DNA of 64,000 nucleotides from Planctomycetota bacterium (GTDB lineage Bacteria; Planctomycetota; J058; J103): NCBI GenBank assembly GCA_026004615.1, contig BPJM01000013.1, positions 8,874 to 72,873 of the forward strand, read 5' to 3'. Shown piece by piece: positions 54,674 to 64,000 of this stretch (position 1 is its first letter; each line of letters starts with the position of its first letter). The notes under the pieces were generated by a model. It saw only the letters and a program-made list of their open reading frames with translations, ran no database searches and was not told where the DNA came from. The position numbers and the translations under genes were made by a program.

Positions 54674-57064
54674 TCACGCCGGCGGCCGTTGCGCACCGCT
54701 GCCTGCACCCGAGGCGCCGCCCGGGCGCACCAGGTCGCTGCGCAGCCGCGCGGCACCGGTGAGCGCAACCGTACGCCGCACCCGCAGCCAGCGGCGGACG
54801 ATGGACCAGGTGACCCCGCCGAACAGCACGAGCAGGCCGCCGATCGCGATCAGCACGAACCAGCGCTGCATCCGGTCCACATCGCCGCGCAGCGAGCGCA
54901 CCGGGGTGATGACCGCGCTCGCCCACTCCAGTCCCCCCGCGAGGGTGAACACCTCCAGCGCCGCGGTGTATTCCTCGCCATCGCTGGGCGAGCGATACGT
55001 GACCGCGACGGGATGGCCAGGGCGCAGCGCCCCGAGCCCGCCGTCGGGCAGAGCCGCCAGCGCCGCCTCGAGGACCGGGTCGGTGCTCGCGCGGCTGCCA
55101 TCGGAGCGGGCGAAGGCCTGGCCGTCGCGCTTGAGCAGGAACGAGCGCGCCTGGGGCCAGCGGGTCTGCTCGGCGAGGAAGTCCGAGAGCTGGGTCAACA
55201 GGTAGTCGGCGGTGAACACGCCGATGACCTCGCCCTGGCGGCGGAAGGCGAGGGCGCAGCCGGCACCCCATTCGGGGTCGGCGCCCAGGCTCGCCTCTTC
55301 CTCCCAGCGGTAGGGACCGACCCAGACCGGACCCGCGGCCGCGACGGCGGCGGGGTAGTCGTCTTCGGTGCGCGCGTCGTAGACGTGCTCGATCCGGCTG
55401 ACCTCGCGGAGCGAGCCGTCGGGCAGGATCTCATATTCCAACTCCCAACCCGTCTCGCCCTCCAGCCAGGTGTGGACCGCGATCGTCTTGCCGTCCCGCC
55501 GCGTGATGCCGATGTAGGAGCCGTCGGCGGCCGTCCAGTTGAGCCAGTCGAAGTCCCGCACCTCGAATCGGGCGGCCAGCTCCAGCGTCATGGCGCGGCG
55601 GTCGGCGAGCGGCAACAGCCCCAGCTCGGCGGCGCGGTGCAGCTCCCGCACCAGCGGCAGCGCCGGATCGAGGAGCTTGCGCACCTCGTTGGCGCTCAAG
55701 TGCGTGATCTGCTGCGCCAGTCCCGCCCACAAGGCCTCCATCTCGCGCACCCGCTGGCTCAGATAGACGACGGAAGCCGCGACGAACAGCGCCAGCAGGC
55801 ACGCCAGCGTGACCAGCACCGGGTGGCGCACGATCCGGCGCACCGCCCGCCCGAGCGGGGTGAGGCGGCGGGCGCGGGGCGGCTCGCCCGCGGTGACCCG
55901 CGAGAGGTCATCGGCCATCTCCAGCGCCGACTGGTAGCGGTCGCGCGGCTCCCGCTCCATCGCCTTGGCGATGACCGCCTCCAGGTCGCGGCTCACCTGG
56001 CAGCGCGCGCGCAGCGGCTCGGGCCTGGAGGTGAGCGCCTGGAGCATGATCTCGCGCAGCGAGCCCTCGAAGGGCGGGCGGCCGGCCAGCAGGTGGTACA
56101 GCGTCGCACCGAGCGCGTAGATATCGGCGCGCGCATCGACGCCGCCGCTCTCGGGGTTGAACTGCTCGGGCGGCATGTAGGCGGGCGTGCCGACGACCAG
56201 GCCCGCGAACTGGGTGTCGCCGGCCGTGATGTCCTTGGCGAGGCCGAAGTCGAGCACGTGCGGCTCGCCCTGGGCATCCACGATGATGTTGGCCGGCTTC
56301 ATGTCGCGGTGGACCAGGTCGTGCACGTGGGCGTGGTGCAGCGCGACGGCGACCTTGTAGCCGATCTCGAGCACCCGCGCCTCCTCGAGCGGGCCCTCCG
56401 TGCGCAGCACGTCGTCCAGCGGCGTGCCCGCCACCATCTCCATGGCGATGTAGGCGGTCTCGCCGACGAAGCCGGCGTCGTAGACCTGGACGATGTTGGG
56501 GTGCTTGCCCAGCCGCGCGCACGCCTGTCCCTCGTGCACCAGGCGCGCCGCCTCGTGGCCGTGCAGCACCTTGATCGCGCAGTACCGCTTCAGCTCGGGC
56601 TGGTATGCCTTGTAGACGACCCCCATGCCGCCGCGGCCGAGTTCGGCTACCAGCAGATAGCGGCCGAACGGGGTGCCGTGCGGTGTGTCCGCGTCGGCCG
56701 GTCGTGCGGCTGCCGGTGCGGCGGCCGGTGCCCCGGCCCCGGCCCAGGAGCTGCCGGCTGCAGAGGCCGGGTTGGGGGCGGCGGCTCCGCTCGCGTAGGC
56801 GTGCTGTGCGGCCCCGGGATAGGCGGTCCCGTATCCGCCCGGCCAGCTCGCGTACGCCTGGCTGCCCGCCGCCTGCGCGCTGGCGTAGGGCTGGGTGCCG
56901 TAGCTCGCCTCGGACTGCCAGTGGCCGGAGCCAGCCGGCTGGCCAGGGGCGGTAGACGCCGCCGCCCCGGGGTTCCACTGCCAGCTCTGCTGGACGGGAT
57001 CCCACTGCCAGCCGGGCTGGGCGGGATCCCCCGAGCCGTAGCCCTCGGCGCTGCCGTTGTCCAT
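54674..57064 (-). CDS. transmembrane Ser/Thr protein kinase with aromatic/Gln-rich N-terminal region and extracytoplasmic Cache-like sensor between two TM helices
   Basis: ATG 57064; GRGGMGVVYKA, HRDMKPANI, DFGLA, GTPAYMPPE; TM1 VLVTLACLLALFVAASVVYL, YDARTEDDYPAAVAAAGPVWVGPYRW Cache-like, TM2 FVLIAIGGLLVLFGGVTW. Confidence 0.9.
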   Translation of the reverse strand: MDNGSAEGYGSGDPAQPGWQWDPVQQSWQWNPGAAASTAPGQPAGSGHWQSEASYGTQPYASAQAAGSQAYASWPGGYGTAYPGAAQHAYASGAAAPNPASAAGSSWAGAGAPAAAPAAARPADADTPHGTPFGRYLLVAELGRGGMGVVYKAYQPELKRYCAIKVLHGHEAARLVHEGQACARLGKHPNIVQVYDAGFVGETAYIAMEMVAGTPLDDVLRTEGPLEEARVLEIGYKVAVALHHAHVHDLVHRDMKPANIIVDAQGEPHVLDFGLAKDITAGDTQFAGLVVGTPAYMPPEQFNPESGGVDARADIYALGATLYHLLAGRPPFEGSLREIMLQALTSRPEPLRARCQVSRDLEAVIAKAMEREPRDRYQSALEMADDLSRVTAGEPPRARRLTPLGRAVRRIVRHPVLVTLACLLALFVAASVVYLSQRVREMEALWAGLAQQITHLSANEVRKLLDPALPLVRELHRAAELGLLPLADRRAMTLELAARFEVRDFDWLNWTAADGSYIGITRRDGKTIAVHTWLEGETGWELEYEILPDGSLREVSRIEHVYDARTEDDYPAAVAAAGPVWVGPYRWEEEASLGADPEWGAGCALAFRRQGEVIGVFTADYLLTQLSDFLAEQTRWPQARSFLLKRDGQAFARSDGSRASTDPVLEAALAALPDGGLGALRPGHPVAVTYRSPSDGEEYTAALEVFTLAGGLEWASAVITPVRSLRGDVDRMQRWFVLIAIGGLLVLFGGVTWSIVRRWLRVRRTVALTGAARLRSDLVRPGGASGAGSGAQRPPA

Positions 57065-57240
57065 GCTCGTTCTGGCCGTCTCGGCCGGGTGACTGCCCCG
57101 TCGGGCTGCATCATAGCACCGGCGGCTGCGCCCGGCTGCCATGCGCTCTACCATCCCCGCCCATGGGCAGCGTATAACGATGGCCGCCGGGCACGCCGCA
57201 CCTTTCGCGGGGGCGGGCGTGCCGGGCAGGAGGCGACGTC

Positions 57241-58296
57241 GTGCTCATCGTCATGCAGGCTGGCGCCACCCAGGCCGAAATCGAGCGGGTGCTCGCCCGG
57301 GTGCGGGAGCTGGGTTTCACGCCGCATCCGATCCCGGGCCGGCATCGGGTCGCGGTCGGCATCACGGGCAACCCGGGTCCGCTCGATCCGCACCTGTTCG
57401 AGGTGCTGCCCGGCGTCAAGGAGGCGATCCCGGTCTCGCGCCCCTACAAGCTGGTCTCGCGCGAGACCCACCCGGAGTCCTCGGTCGTCGAGGTCGGCGG
57501 GGTGCCGATCGGCGCCGGGCACTTCGCGGTGATCGCCGGTCCGTGCTCGGTCGAGAGCCGCGAGCAGGTGCTGGCCGCGGCACGGGCGGCGCGCAGCGGC
57601 GGCGCGCAGCTGTTGCGGGGCGGCGCCTTCAAGCCCCGCACCTCGCCCTACGCCTTCCAGGGGCTGGGGCGGCAGGGGCTGGAGCTGCTCGCCGAGGCGC
57701 GGGCGGAGACCGGCCTGCCGGTCGTCACCGAGGCGCTCGATCTGCATTCGCTCGAGGCGGTCGTCGAGCTGGCCGACTGCATCCAGATCGGCGCGCGCAG
57801 CATGCAGAACTTCTCGCTGTTGCGCGAGGCGGGCCGCGCGGGCAAGCCGGTGCTGCTCAAGCGCGGGCTCGCGGCGACGCTGGAGGAGTGGCTCATGGCG
57901 GCGGAGTACATCCTCAGCGAGGGCAACCGGCGCGTGATCCTGTGCGAGCGGGGCGTCCGCACCTTTGCGGATCACGCCCGCAACACGCTCGATGTGGCAG
58001 CGGTGCCGGCGATCCAGCGGCTCTCGCACCTGCCGGTCATCGTCGATCCCTCGCACGCCGCCGGCATCCGCCACCTGGTCGGCCCGCTGGCGCTCGCCGG
58101 GGTGGCCGCCGGCGCCGACGGGCTCATGATCGAGATCCACCCCGAGCCCGAGCGAGCCCTCAGCGACGGCCCGCAGGCGCTGACGCCCGCGGAGTTCGCC
58201 GGTCTCATGGCGGCGGTGCAGCGGGTTCGCCAGGCGCTGGCGCCGCGCGCGGAACCGGCGGTGGTTCCCAGCGGCGCGCCGGGGCAGCCGTCATGA
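57241..58296 (+). CDS. aroF: 3-deoxy-7-phosphoheptulonate (DAHP) synthase, type I-beta with N-terminal ferredoxin-like regulatory domain
   Basis: GTG 57241; N-terminal [26 protein letters not shown]..., then [32 protein letters not shown]. Confidence 0.9.
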   Translation: MLIVMQAGATQAEIERVLARVRELGFTPHPIPGRHRVAVGITGNPGPLDPHLFEVLPGVKEAIPVSRPYKLVSRETHPESSVVEVGGVPIGAGHFAVIAGPCSVESREQVLAAARAARSGGAQLLRGGAFKPRTSPYAFQGLGRQGLELLAEARAETGLPVVTEALDLHSLEAVVELADCIQIGARSMQNFSLLREAGRAGKPVLLKRGLAATLEEWLMAAEYILSEGNRRVILCERGVRTFADHARNTLDVAAVPAIQRLSHLPVIVDPSHAAGIRHLVGPLALAGVAAGADGLMIEIHPEPERALSDGPQALTPAEFAGLMAAVQRVRQALAPRAEPAVVPSGAPGQPS

Positions 58297-59636
58297 GCGG
58301 GATGAGCCAGGGCCAGCGGAGCAGGAGCATCTGCATCGAGCCCGCGGCGCGGGTGCACGGGGCGCTGTCGGTCCCGGGGGACAAGTCGATCTCGCACCGG
58401 GCGCTGATCCTGGCGGCGCTCGCCCCGGGCCGCTCTTCCATCCGCGGGCTGGCCGGCGGCGCCGATGTCCGCGCGACGCGCCGCTGTCTGGAGGCGCTCG
58501 GCGTCGAGTTCACCACCTTCGAGGAGCTGCTGCTGGTCGAGGGGCCGGGGCTGGAGGGCCTGCAGGCGCCGGAGCAGCCGCTGGACTGCGGCAACTCGGG
58601 CACCACCCTGAGGCTGCTCGCCGGCGCGCTCGCGGGCAGCGCCGTCGAGGCCACCCTCACCGGGGACGCTTCGCTGCGCCGCCGCCCGATGGCGCGGGTG
58701 ACCGAACCCCTGCGCCGGATGGGCGCCCGCATCGAGGGGAGCCCCGGTGGCGCCGACGGCGAGGTGGCGCCGCTGCACGTGCGGGGGGCCGGCGCGAGCG
58801 GCCAGCCGCTGCGCGCGATCGAGCACACCAGCCCCGTGCCCAGCGCCCAGGTCAAGAGTGCGGTGCTGCTCGCCGGGCTCGCCGCCGAGGGGCGCACCGC
58901 GGTGCGAGAACCGGTGCCGAGCCGCGATCACACCGAGCGGATGCTGCGGTTGTTCGGGGTGGACGTGCTGGAGGAGGGCGGGGCGGTCGGCTTCAGCGGG
59001 CCGTGCGAGCTGGTGCCGGCGCGCATCGATGTCCCCGGCGACCTCAGCTCGGCCGCCTTCGCGCTCTGCGCGGCGGCGGGGCTGCCGGGCTCGCGCCTGG
59101 TGGTGCGCGAGGTGGGGATCAACCCCACGCGCAGCGGCGTGCTGGACGTGCTGGCGCGGATGGGCGTGCGGCTGCACCGCGGCAACGAAGACGAGATGGG
59201 CTTCGAGCCGGTGGCGGATCTGTTCGCGGTGGCGCCCGAGCGCCTCGCGCCGTTGCACATCGAGGAGGCCGAGGTGCCGCGGCTGCTCGACGAGATCCCG
59301 GTGCTGGCGGTGCTCGCCACCCGCGCTGCCGGGGTGAGCGAGATCCGCGGCGCCGGCGAGCTGCGCCACAAGGAGTCCGACCGGCTCGCCGCCATCGCGG
59401 CGCTGCTCGGGGCGCTGGGAGGGCACGCCGAGGTGGCGGGCGAGCGCTTGCGCATCGAGGGGCCACAGCGGCTGCGCGGCGGCACGGTGCACAGCGGCGG
59501 CGACCACCGGATCGCCATGGCGGCGGCGGTGGCGGCGCTGTTCGCCGAGGAGCCTGTCACCATCGAAGATGCGGGCTGCGTCGAGGTCTCCTATCCCGGC
59601 TTCTTCGAAGCGCTGCAGCAGCTCGTGGTCCGGTAA
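58293..59636 (+). CDS. aroA: 3-phosphoshikimate 1-carboxyvinyltransferase (EPSP synthase)
   Basis: ATG 58293 overlapping previous stop (ATGA); [41 protein letters not shown]. Confidence 0.93.
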   Translation: MSGMSQGQRSRSICIEPAARVHGALSVPGDKSISHRALILAALAPGRSSIRGLAGGADVRATRRCLEALGVEFTTFEELLLVEGPGLEGLQAPEQPLDCGNSGTTLRLLAGALAGSAVEATLTGDASLRRRPMARVTEPLRRMGARIEGSPGGADGEVAPLHVRGAGASGQPLRAIEHTSPVPSAQVKSAVLLAGLAAEGRTAVREPVPSRDHTERMLRLFGVDVLEEGGAVGFSGPCELVPARIDVPGDLSSAAFALCAAAGLPGSRLVVREVGINPTRSGVLDVLARMGVRLHRGNEDEMGFEPVADLFAVAPERLAPLHIEEAEVPRLLDEIPVLAVLATRAAGVSEIRGAGELRHKESDRLAAIAALLGALGGHAEVAGERLRIEGPQRLRGGTVHSGGDHRIAMAAAVAALFAEEPVTIEDAGCVEVSYPGFFEALQQLVVR

Positions 59637-59645
59637 GGCGCTGCG

Positions 59646-60572
59646 ATGCTGCGGCTGGGGATCGTCGGCTACCCGCTCACCCACAGCCTCAGCCCCGAGC
59701 TTCACGCCGCGTTTGCCGAGGTGCTGGGGCTGTCGCTGCGCTACGAGCGCTATCCGGTGGCGGCGGCGGGGTCGCTCGCGGGCCGGCTGGCGGAGCTGGC
59801 GGCGGCCGGGCTGCGCGGGGTGAACGTGACCGTGCCCCACAAGGTCCGGGCGGCGGCGCTGGCGCGCGCGTGCACCGAAGAGGTGCGGGCCTGCGGCGCG
59901 GCCAACACGCTGCGGTTCGGAGGCGGCGCGCTCGAGCTCGCGCACAACACCGATCTGGAGGGCTTCGCGCGCGCGCTCGCGGAGGCGGGCATCGCACCGG
60001 CTCGCCGGAGCGCGCTCGTGCTGGGAGCCGGGGGGGCGGCACGCGCGGTGGCACTCGCGTTGCGTCGCGCGGGCGGCGCGGTGTGGGTCGCCGCGCGGCG
60101 GATCGAGCAGGCGCGAGCGCTGGTGCGGGCGCTGGAGGCGTTGGACAGTAATGGGGTGGAGGACGGAGGCGCGGCGCCGGCCCTCAGGGTGTGCCCGTGG
60201 CCGGAGCGCCACGCCGCGCTCGCCGCGGTCGAGCTGGTCGTCAACGCCACCCCGCTCGGCATGGCGCCACAGGCCGCCGCGGCTCCGCTCGAGGAGCAGG
60301 CCGGCCTGAGCCCGCGTCACGCGGTGGTGGATCTCGTCTACAACCCGCGCGTGACCCTGCTGCTGCGGCGGGCGCGCGCCGCCGGGGCGCGCGCCATCGA
60401 CGGCACCGGCATGCTGGTCCACCAGGGCATCGGCGCGCTGGAGCTGTGGCTGGGGCGCCGCTTCACCGAGGCCGAGCGGGAGCGGCTGGTGACCGCGGGC
60501 CGCGCGGTACTGGCGCGCGCGCTCGGTGCCGGCGCCTGGCGCCTGGGGGACGGCTCGTTGCGCGCGTGGTAG
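59646..60572 (+). CDS. aroE: shikimate dehydrogenase
   Basis: [33 protein letters not shown]. Confidence 0.9.
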   Translation: MLRLGIVGYPLTHSLSPELHAAFAEVLGLSLRYERYPVAAAGSLAGRLAELAAAGLRGVNVTVPHKVRAAALARACTEEVRACGAANTLRFGGGALELAHNTDLEGFARALAEAGIAPARRSALVLGAGGAARAVALALRRAGGAVWVAARRIEQARALVRALEALDSNGVEDGGAAPALRVCPWPERHAALAAVELVVNATPLGMAPQAAAAPLEEQAGLSPRHAVVDLVYNPRVTLLLRRARAAGARAIDGTGMLVHQGIGALELWLGRRFTEAERERLVTAGRAVLARALGAGAWRLGDGSLRAW

Positions 60573-60640
60573 CATGCTCCGGTGCCGGGCGGCGCTGCGC
60601 GCCGGGGGCACGTGAGCTGGAAGGCAGCAGGAGGTGTGGG

Positions 60641-61834
60641 GTGCTGCGGCGGCTGCGGCTGCTCACGGCCGGGGAGTCGCACGGGCCCGCGATCACCGCG
60701 GTGCTCGAGGGCATGCCGGCGGGGCTGGAGCTGCCGCCGGGCTACGTCGACGAGCAGCTGCGGCGGCGCCAGCAGGGCTACGGCCGCGGCGGGCGGCAGC
60801 GCATCGAGCAGGACCGGGTGCGCTGGCTCGGCGGGCTGCGCTTCGGCAGGACGCTCGGCAGCCCGCTCGCGATGCTCATCGAGAACCGCGACTTCGCCAA
60901 CTGGGCGGAGGAGATGGCGCCCGAAGGCCCGGAGGTGCGCCGGCGGCAGGTGCGGGTGCCGCGCCCGGGGCACGCCGATTACGCAGGGGGGCTCAAGTAC
61001 CGGGCGCGCGACCTGCGCGACGTGCTGGAGCGCGCCAGCGCGCGCGAGACGGCGGCGCGCGTCGCCGCGGGCGCGGTCGCCCGCCGGCTGCTGGAGGAAC
61101 TGGGGATCGAGCTCTGCTCGCGCGTGGTGGCGATCGGGGGCGTGCAGGACACGAGCTCGGTCGCCGGGCTGTCGATCGCCGAGATCCGCGAGCGGACCGA
61201 GGCCTCCAGCGTGCGCGCCCTGGGGGCCGAGGCGAGCGCCGCCATGGTGGCCCGCATCGAGCGGGCGCAGCGCGAGGGCGACTCGGTGGGCGGGGTGTTC
61301 GAGGTGCGCGCGCGCGGGGTGGTGCCGGGGCTCGGCAGCCACGTGCAGTGGGACCGCCGCCTCGATGCGCTGCTCGTGGGGGCGCTGTGCTCCATCCAGG
61401 CGGTCAAGGCGGCGGCGGTGGGGGAGGGGATCGAGCTGGCGGCCGCACCGGGCTCGCAGGCGCACGACGCCTTCGCGCTGCCGGCGGAGGGCGGCCCGCC
61501 GCGCCGCACCACCAACCGCGCCGGCGGCATCGAGGGCGGGATGACGAACGGCGAGGACGTGGTGGTGCGGGGGTGGATGAAGCCGCTCTCGACGCTGCCC
61601 CGGCCCCTGCCCTCGTTCGACTGGCTGCGCGGCGAACCCGCCGCGGCGCATCGCGAGCGGACGGACAGCTGCGCGGTGCCGGCGGCCGCGGTGGTAGGCG
61701 AGGCGATGGTGGCGCTGGTGCTCGCCGATGCGCTGCTCGACAAGCTCGGCGGCGACAGCATGGACGAGCTGCGCGAGCGGCTCGCACTGTTGTGGCGCGA
61801 GCCGCCGCCGTTCGCCGGGCGGACTGCCAGCTGA
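60641..61834 (+). CDS. aroC: chorismate synthase
   Basis: GTG 60641 with ggagg SD; [33 protein letters not shown]. Confidence 0.92.
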   Translation: MLRRLRLLTAGESHGPAITAVLEGMPAGLELPPGYVDEQLRRRQQGYGRGGRQRIEQDRVRWLGGLRFGRTLGSPLAMLIENRDFANWAEEMAPEGPEVRRRQVRVPRPGHADYAGGLKYRARDLRDVLERASARETAARVAAGAVARRLLEELGIELCSRVVAIGGVQDTSSVAGLSIAEIRERTEASSVRALGAEASAAMVARIERAQREGDSVGGVFEVRARGVVPGLGSHVQWDRRLDALLVGALCSIQAVKAAAVGEGIELAAAPGSQAHDAFALPAEGGPPRRTTNRAGGIEGGMTNGEDVVVRGWMKPLSTLPRPLPSFDWLRGEPAAAHRERTDSCAVPAAAVVGEAMVALVLADALLDKLGGDSMDELRERLALLWREPPPFAGRTAS

Positions 61835-61876
61835 CGGGCCGGCGGCGCGGAGCCGGGATCGGGGAGCCGAGGCGCG

Positions 61877-63517
61877 GTGGCCGCAGGGCGTGTGTTCCTG
61901 GTGGGTCTGCCCGGAGCGGGCAAGTCCACGGTGGGGCGGCGGCTCGCCGAGCGGCTGGGGGCGGCGTTCGCGGATGCGGACGCGCGCATCGCCGCGCGCG
62001 CCGGCAAGTCCGTTTCGGCGATCTTCGCCGAGGACGGCGAGGCCTGCTTCCGGGCGCTGGAGCGCGAGGTGGTGGGGGAGCTGTGCGCGGCAGCGCCGCC
62101 GCTCGTCGCCGCGCTCGGCGGTGGGGCGCTGGGCGAGGAACGGACGCGGCAGCAGCTGCGCCGAGCGGGCACCGTCGTCTGGCTGCGCGCGCCCGCGCCG
62201 GTGCTGCTGGCGCGGCTTGCAGCCGAGCAGCACCGGCCGCTGTTCGCCGGGCTCGATGCCGCCGCGCGCCAAGCTCGCCTGGCGGCGCTCGCCGCCGCGC
62301 GCGAGCCGCACTACCGCGCCACCGCGAGCCTCGTCATCGAGACCGGTGAGCGCGCGCCCGACGAACTCGCCGCCGAGATCGCCGCCCGGCTCGCCGGAGC
62401 GTGCAGGGTGCGGGTCGAGCTGGGCGCGCGCAGCTACGAGGTCGTGATCGAGGCCGGGGGCCTGGAGCGGCTCGGCGAGCGGGTGCGCGAGGCGGGCTTC
62501 AGCCCCGGCGGGTGCGTGCTGGTGACGGAACGGACCGTGGGGCGGCTGTACCGGGCGCCGGCGCTCGCCGCGCTCCAGGCGGCCGGGTTCCGCCCCGCCG
62601 CGGTGACGCTGCCGGCGGGCGAGCAGGCCAAGGGGCTGGGGGCCTGGCAGGCACTGCTGCATGCGCTGCGCGCGCTCGACCTCGACCGCACCACGCCGCT
62701 GGTGGCGCTCGGCGGCGGCGCGCTCACCGACGTGGCCGGGTTCGCAGCCGCCACCTATCGGCGCGGGCTGCCGTGGGTGGCGGTGCCGACCACGCTGCTC
62801 GGGATGGTCGACGCGGCGATCGGCGGCAAGACCGGGATCAACCTCGGGGGGACGAAGAACCTGGTCGGGGCCTTCCATCAGCCGCGGCTGGTGCTCGCCG
62901 ATCCGCTCTGCCTGCGGACGCTGGCGCCGCGCGAACTCTGCAGCGGGCTCGGCGAGGTGCTCAAGTACGCGCTGATCGGTCCCGAGCCGCTCTGGAGCCT
63001 CGTCGCGGCGGGGCATCTCGGAGCGGGCTGGGGGCCGGACGGCTGCTCTGCTGGCGACGTCCAGCGGCTGGCCGAGCTCGTGGCGCTGTGCGCGGGGTGC
63101 AAGGCCGAGGTGGTGGCCGCCGACGAGTGCGAGGAGCACGGGGTGCGGCAGGTGCTCAACTTCGGCCACACGATCGGGCACGCGCTGGAGGCGGCCCTGG
63201 GCCCCGCGCGCATCACCCACGGCGAGGCGGTGGTGCTGGGCATGCGCGCCGCGCTGTGGCTGTCGGAGCGGCTGGGGCTGCTCCAGGCGCGCGAGCGGGC
63301 ACGGCTGGACCGCCCGCTCGCCGCCTTCCCGCTGCCGCCGCTCGGGGCCGGGCTCGAGCCGGCGCGCGTGCTGGCCCACCTGCGGCTGGACAAGAAGACG
63401 GAGCGCGGCCGGCCCCGGTTCGTGTTGCTCGAGCGGCGCGGGCAGCCGCGGGTGGGCGTCGAGGTCGGCGAGGCGCTGCTCTGCCAGGCGCTGGCCTGGC
63501 TCGCCGCGCCCGCCTGA
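61877..63517 (+). CDS. aroK-aroB: fused shikimate kinase / 3-dehydroquinate synthase
   Basis: GTG 61877; LVGLPGAGKSTVG + FRALE (AroK, ~170 aa) then GGGALTDVAGFAAATYRRGLPWVAVPTTLL, DAAIGGKTGIN, NFGHTIGHALE (AroB). Confidence 0.92.
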   Translation: MAAGRVFLVGLPGAGKSTVGRRLAERLGAAFADADARIAARAGKSVSAIFAEDGEACFRALEREVVGELCAAAPPLVAALGGGALGEERTRQQLRRAGTVVWLRAPAPVLLARLAAEQHRPLFAGLDAAARQARLAALAAAREPHYRATASLVIETGERAPDELAAEIAARLAGACRVRVELGARSYEVVIEAGGLERLGERVREAGFSPGGCVLVTERTVGRLYRAPALAALQAAGFRPAAVTLPAGEQAKGLGAWQALLHALRALDLDRTTPLVALGGGALTDVAGFAAATYRRGLPWVAVPTTLLGMVDAAIGGKTGINLGGTKNLVGAFHQPRLVLADPLCLRTLAPRELCSGLGEVLKYALIGPEPLWSLVAAGHLGAGWGPDGCSAGDVQRLAELVALCAGCKAEVVAADECEEHGVRQVLNFGHTIGHALEAALGPARITHGEAVVLGMRAALWLSERLGLLQARERARLDRPLAAFPLPPLGAGLEPARVLAHLRLDKKTERGRPRFVLLERRGQPRVGVEVGEALLCQALAWLAAPA

Positions 63518-63551
63518 ACCGCCGGCGCCGCGCCCGCCTGAACCGCCGGCG
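63504..63551. repeat. 24-nt tandem direct repeat (2 full copies + partial third) spanning the aroK-aroB stop codon
   Basis: ccgcgcccgcctgaaccgccggcg at 63504-63527 and 63528-63551, partial gcgcgcccgcc at 63552-63562, then GC palindrome ccgcgggc..gcccgcgg. Confidence 0.9.
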
Positions 63552-63623
63552 GCGCGCCCGCCGCGGGCCCGCCCGCGGGCCGCGGTCCAGGCGCGCCGCC
63601 GACGGGAACCGGGCTGGCCCGGC

Positions 63624-64000
63624 TCAGCGGTGCTGGCGCACCGCCGGCGGTGGCTGCTGGGCGGCCTGCTCCAGCCGGCGCTGCAGGTCCTCGAAGCGGA
63701 GCTCGCGCGCCCGGCCCTGGAACCGGATCGGCGTGCCCCGGTCCTGGTGCTGGTAGGCGGCCTCGATGCCGACCCCGACCCCGAGGACCGACACCTCGGG
63801 CGCGAACTCCACCCCGGCGTATCCGTAGCCGTAGATCTGTCCGGAGTAGGTGGCGTCCGGATCGATGACCTCGAGGCCCCGCTGCATGTCGCCCGCGGTG
63901 ATATAGTTCGTCGCCAGCAGCGCGCGCTGCGGGTTGACCCCTTCGATGGTGTACTCGAAGCCGGCGCCGGCCTGCGCGCCGGCGTGGGCGTACAGGCCGC
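63624..64000 (-). CDS. C-terminal part of a beta-barrel-like (outer-membrane-type) protein, continues beyond the window
   Basis: frame open from 64000 to stop at 63624; alternating aromatic/small pattern ...GLYAHAGAQAGAGFEYTIEGVNP...ATYSGQIYGYGYAGVEFAPEVSVLGVGVGIEAAYQH. Confidence 0.4.
   Translation of the reverse strand, partial: GLYAHAGAQAGAGFEYTIEGVNPQRALLATNYITAGDMQRGLEVIDPDATYSGQIYGYGYAGVEFAPEVSVLGVGVGIEAAYQHQDRGTPIRFQGRARELRFEDLQRRLEQAAQQPPPAVRQHR

Noticed and set aside
57173-57178. TATAAC -10-like hexamer 63 nt upstream of the DAHP synthase start
   Set aside because: No acceptable -35 at 16-19 nt spacing. It is an isolated AT-rich hexamer only.

Overview
Very GC-rich bacterial chromosomal segment (by eye above 70% GC, not computed). 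The phylum cannot be assigned from the sequence alone. I support about 58 protein-coding genes and find no rRNA, tRNA, CRISPR array or intact mobile element. At this GC content almost every region has long open frames on several strands. I therefore chose frames by recognisable family motifs, by composition (spurious frames are Arg/Pro/Ala/Gly strings) and by start/stop coupling.

Layout:
- (i) 0-2.7 kb: TPR/zinc-ribbon protein, a REP-like inverted-repeat element, and a PH-like membrane protein.
- (ii) 2.76-10.46 kb: a tightly packed 7-gene operon of unknown function, built around a GlmL/MutL-like ASKHA ATPase, a barrel-sandwich/KOW protein and four membrane proteins.
- (iii) 10.7-29.5 kb: mixed housekeeping genes. 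These are a PRTase, dienelactone hydrolase, APH-like kinase, prs, GNAT, HEAT proteins, S41 peptidase, metallophosphoesterase, class-A beta-lactamase-like hydrolase, membrane-anchored YhaN/SbcC-like ATPase, YkgJ, cobO, MoxR, YceH/DUF480, a lipoprotein and a zinc aminopeptidase.
- (iv) 29.5-41.2 kb: an accessory-looking stretch with long non-coding spacers and three visibly lower-GC genes. It holds an EHD-type dynamin-family NTPase, an orphan lipoprotein, a divergent nitrilase-superfamily (Glu-Lys-Cys) protein, an orphan GspI/J/K-like minor-pseudopilin trio, a stand-alone cholera/pertussis-toxin-like ADP-ribosyltransferase, and an exported PKD + His/Cys (caspase/CHAT-like) protein.
- (v) 41.2-48.2 kb: HEAT protein, PH-like membrane protein, GDPD, a MoxR-like/VWA(CoxE) pair, a prepilin-type pilin, and an MBL-fold protein that has lost its metal ligands.
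- (vi) 48.2-63.5 kb: an aromatic amino-acid cluster, trpEDCFBA | Ser/Thr kinase on the opposite strand | DAHP synthase-aroA-aroE-aroC-aroK::aroB.

Four genes are broken by +1 frame changes. Three sit in G homopolymer runs and the fourth is next to a C5 run, which looks like systematic homopolymer over-calling in the assembly rather than biology.

The most interesting candidates are the ADP-ribosyltransferase toxin and its island context, the bacterial EHD-like ATPase (with an in-frame 18-nt duplication of its DxxG motif), and the GlmL-like/membrane-protein operon. All family assignments rest on motifs read by eye and compared with remembered family signatures. No searches were run.
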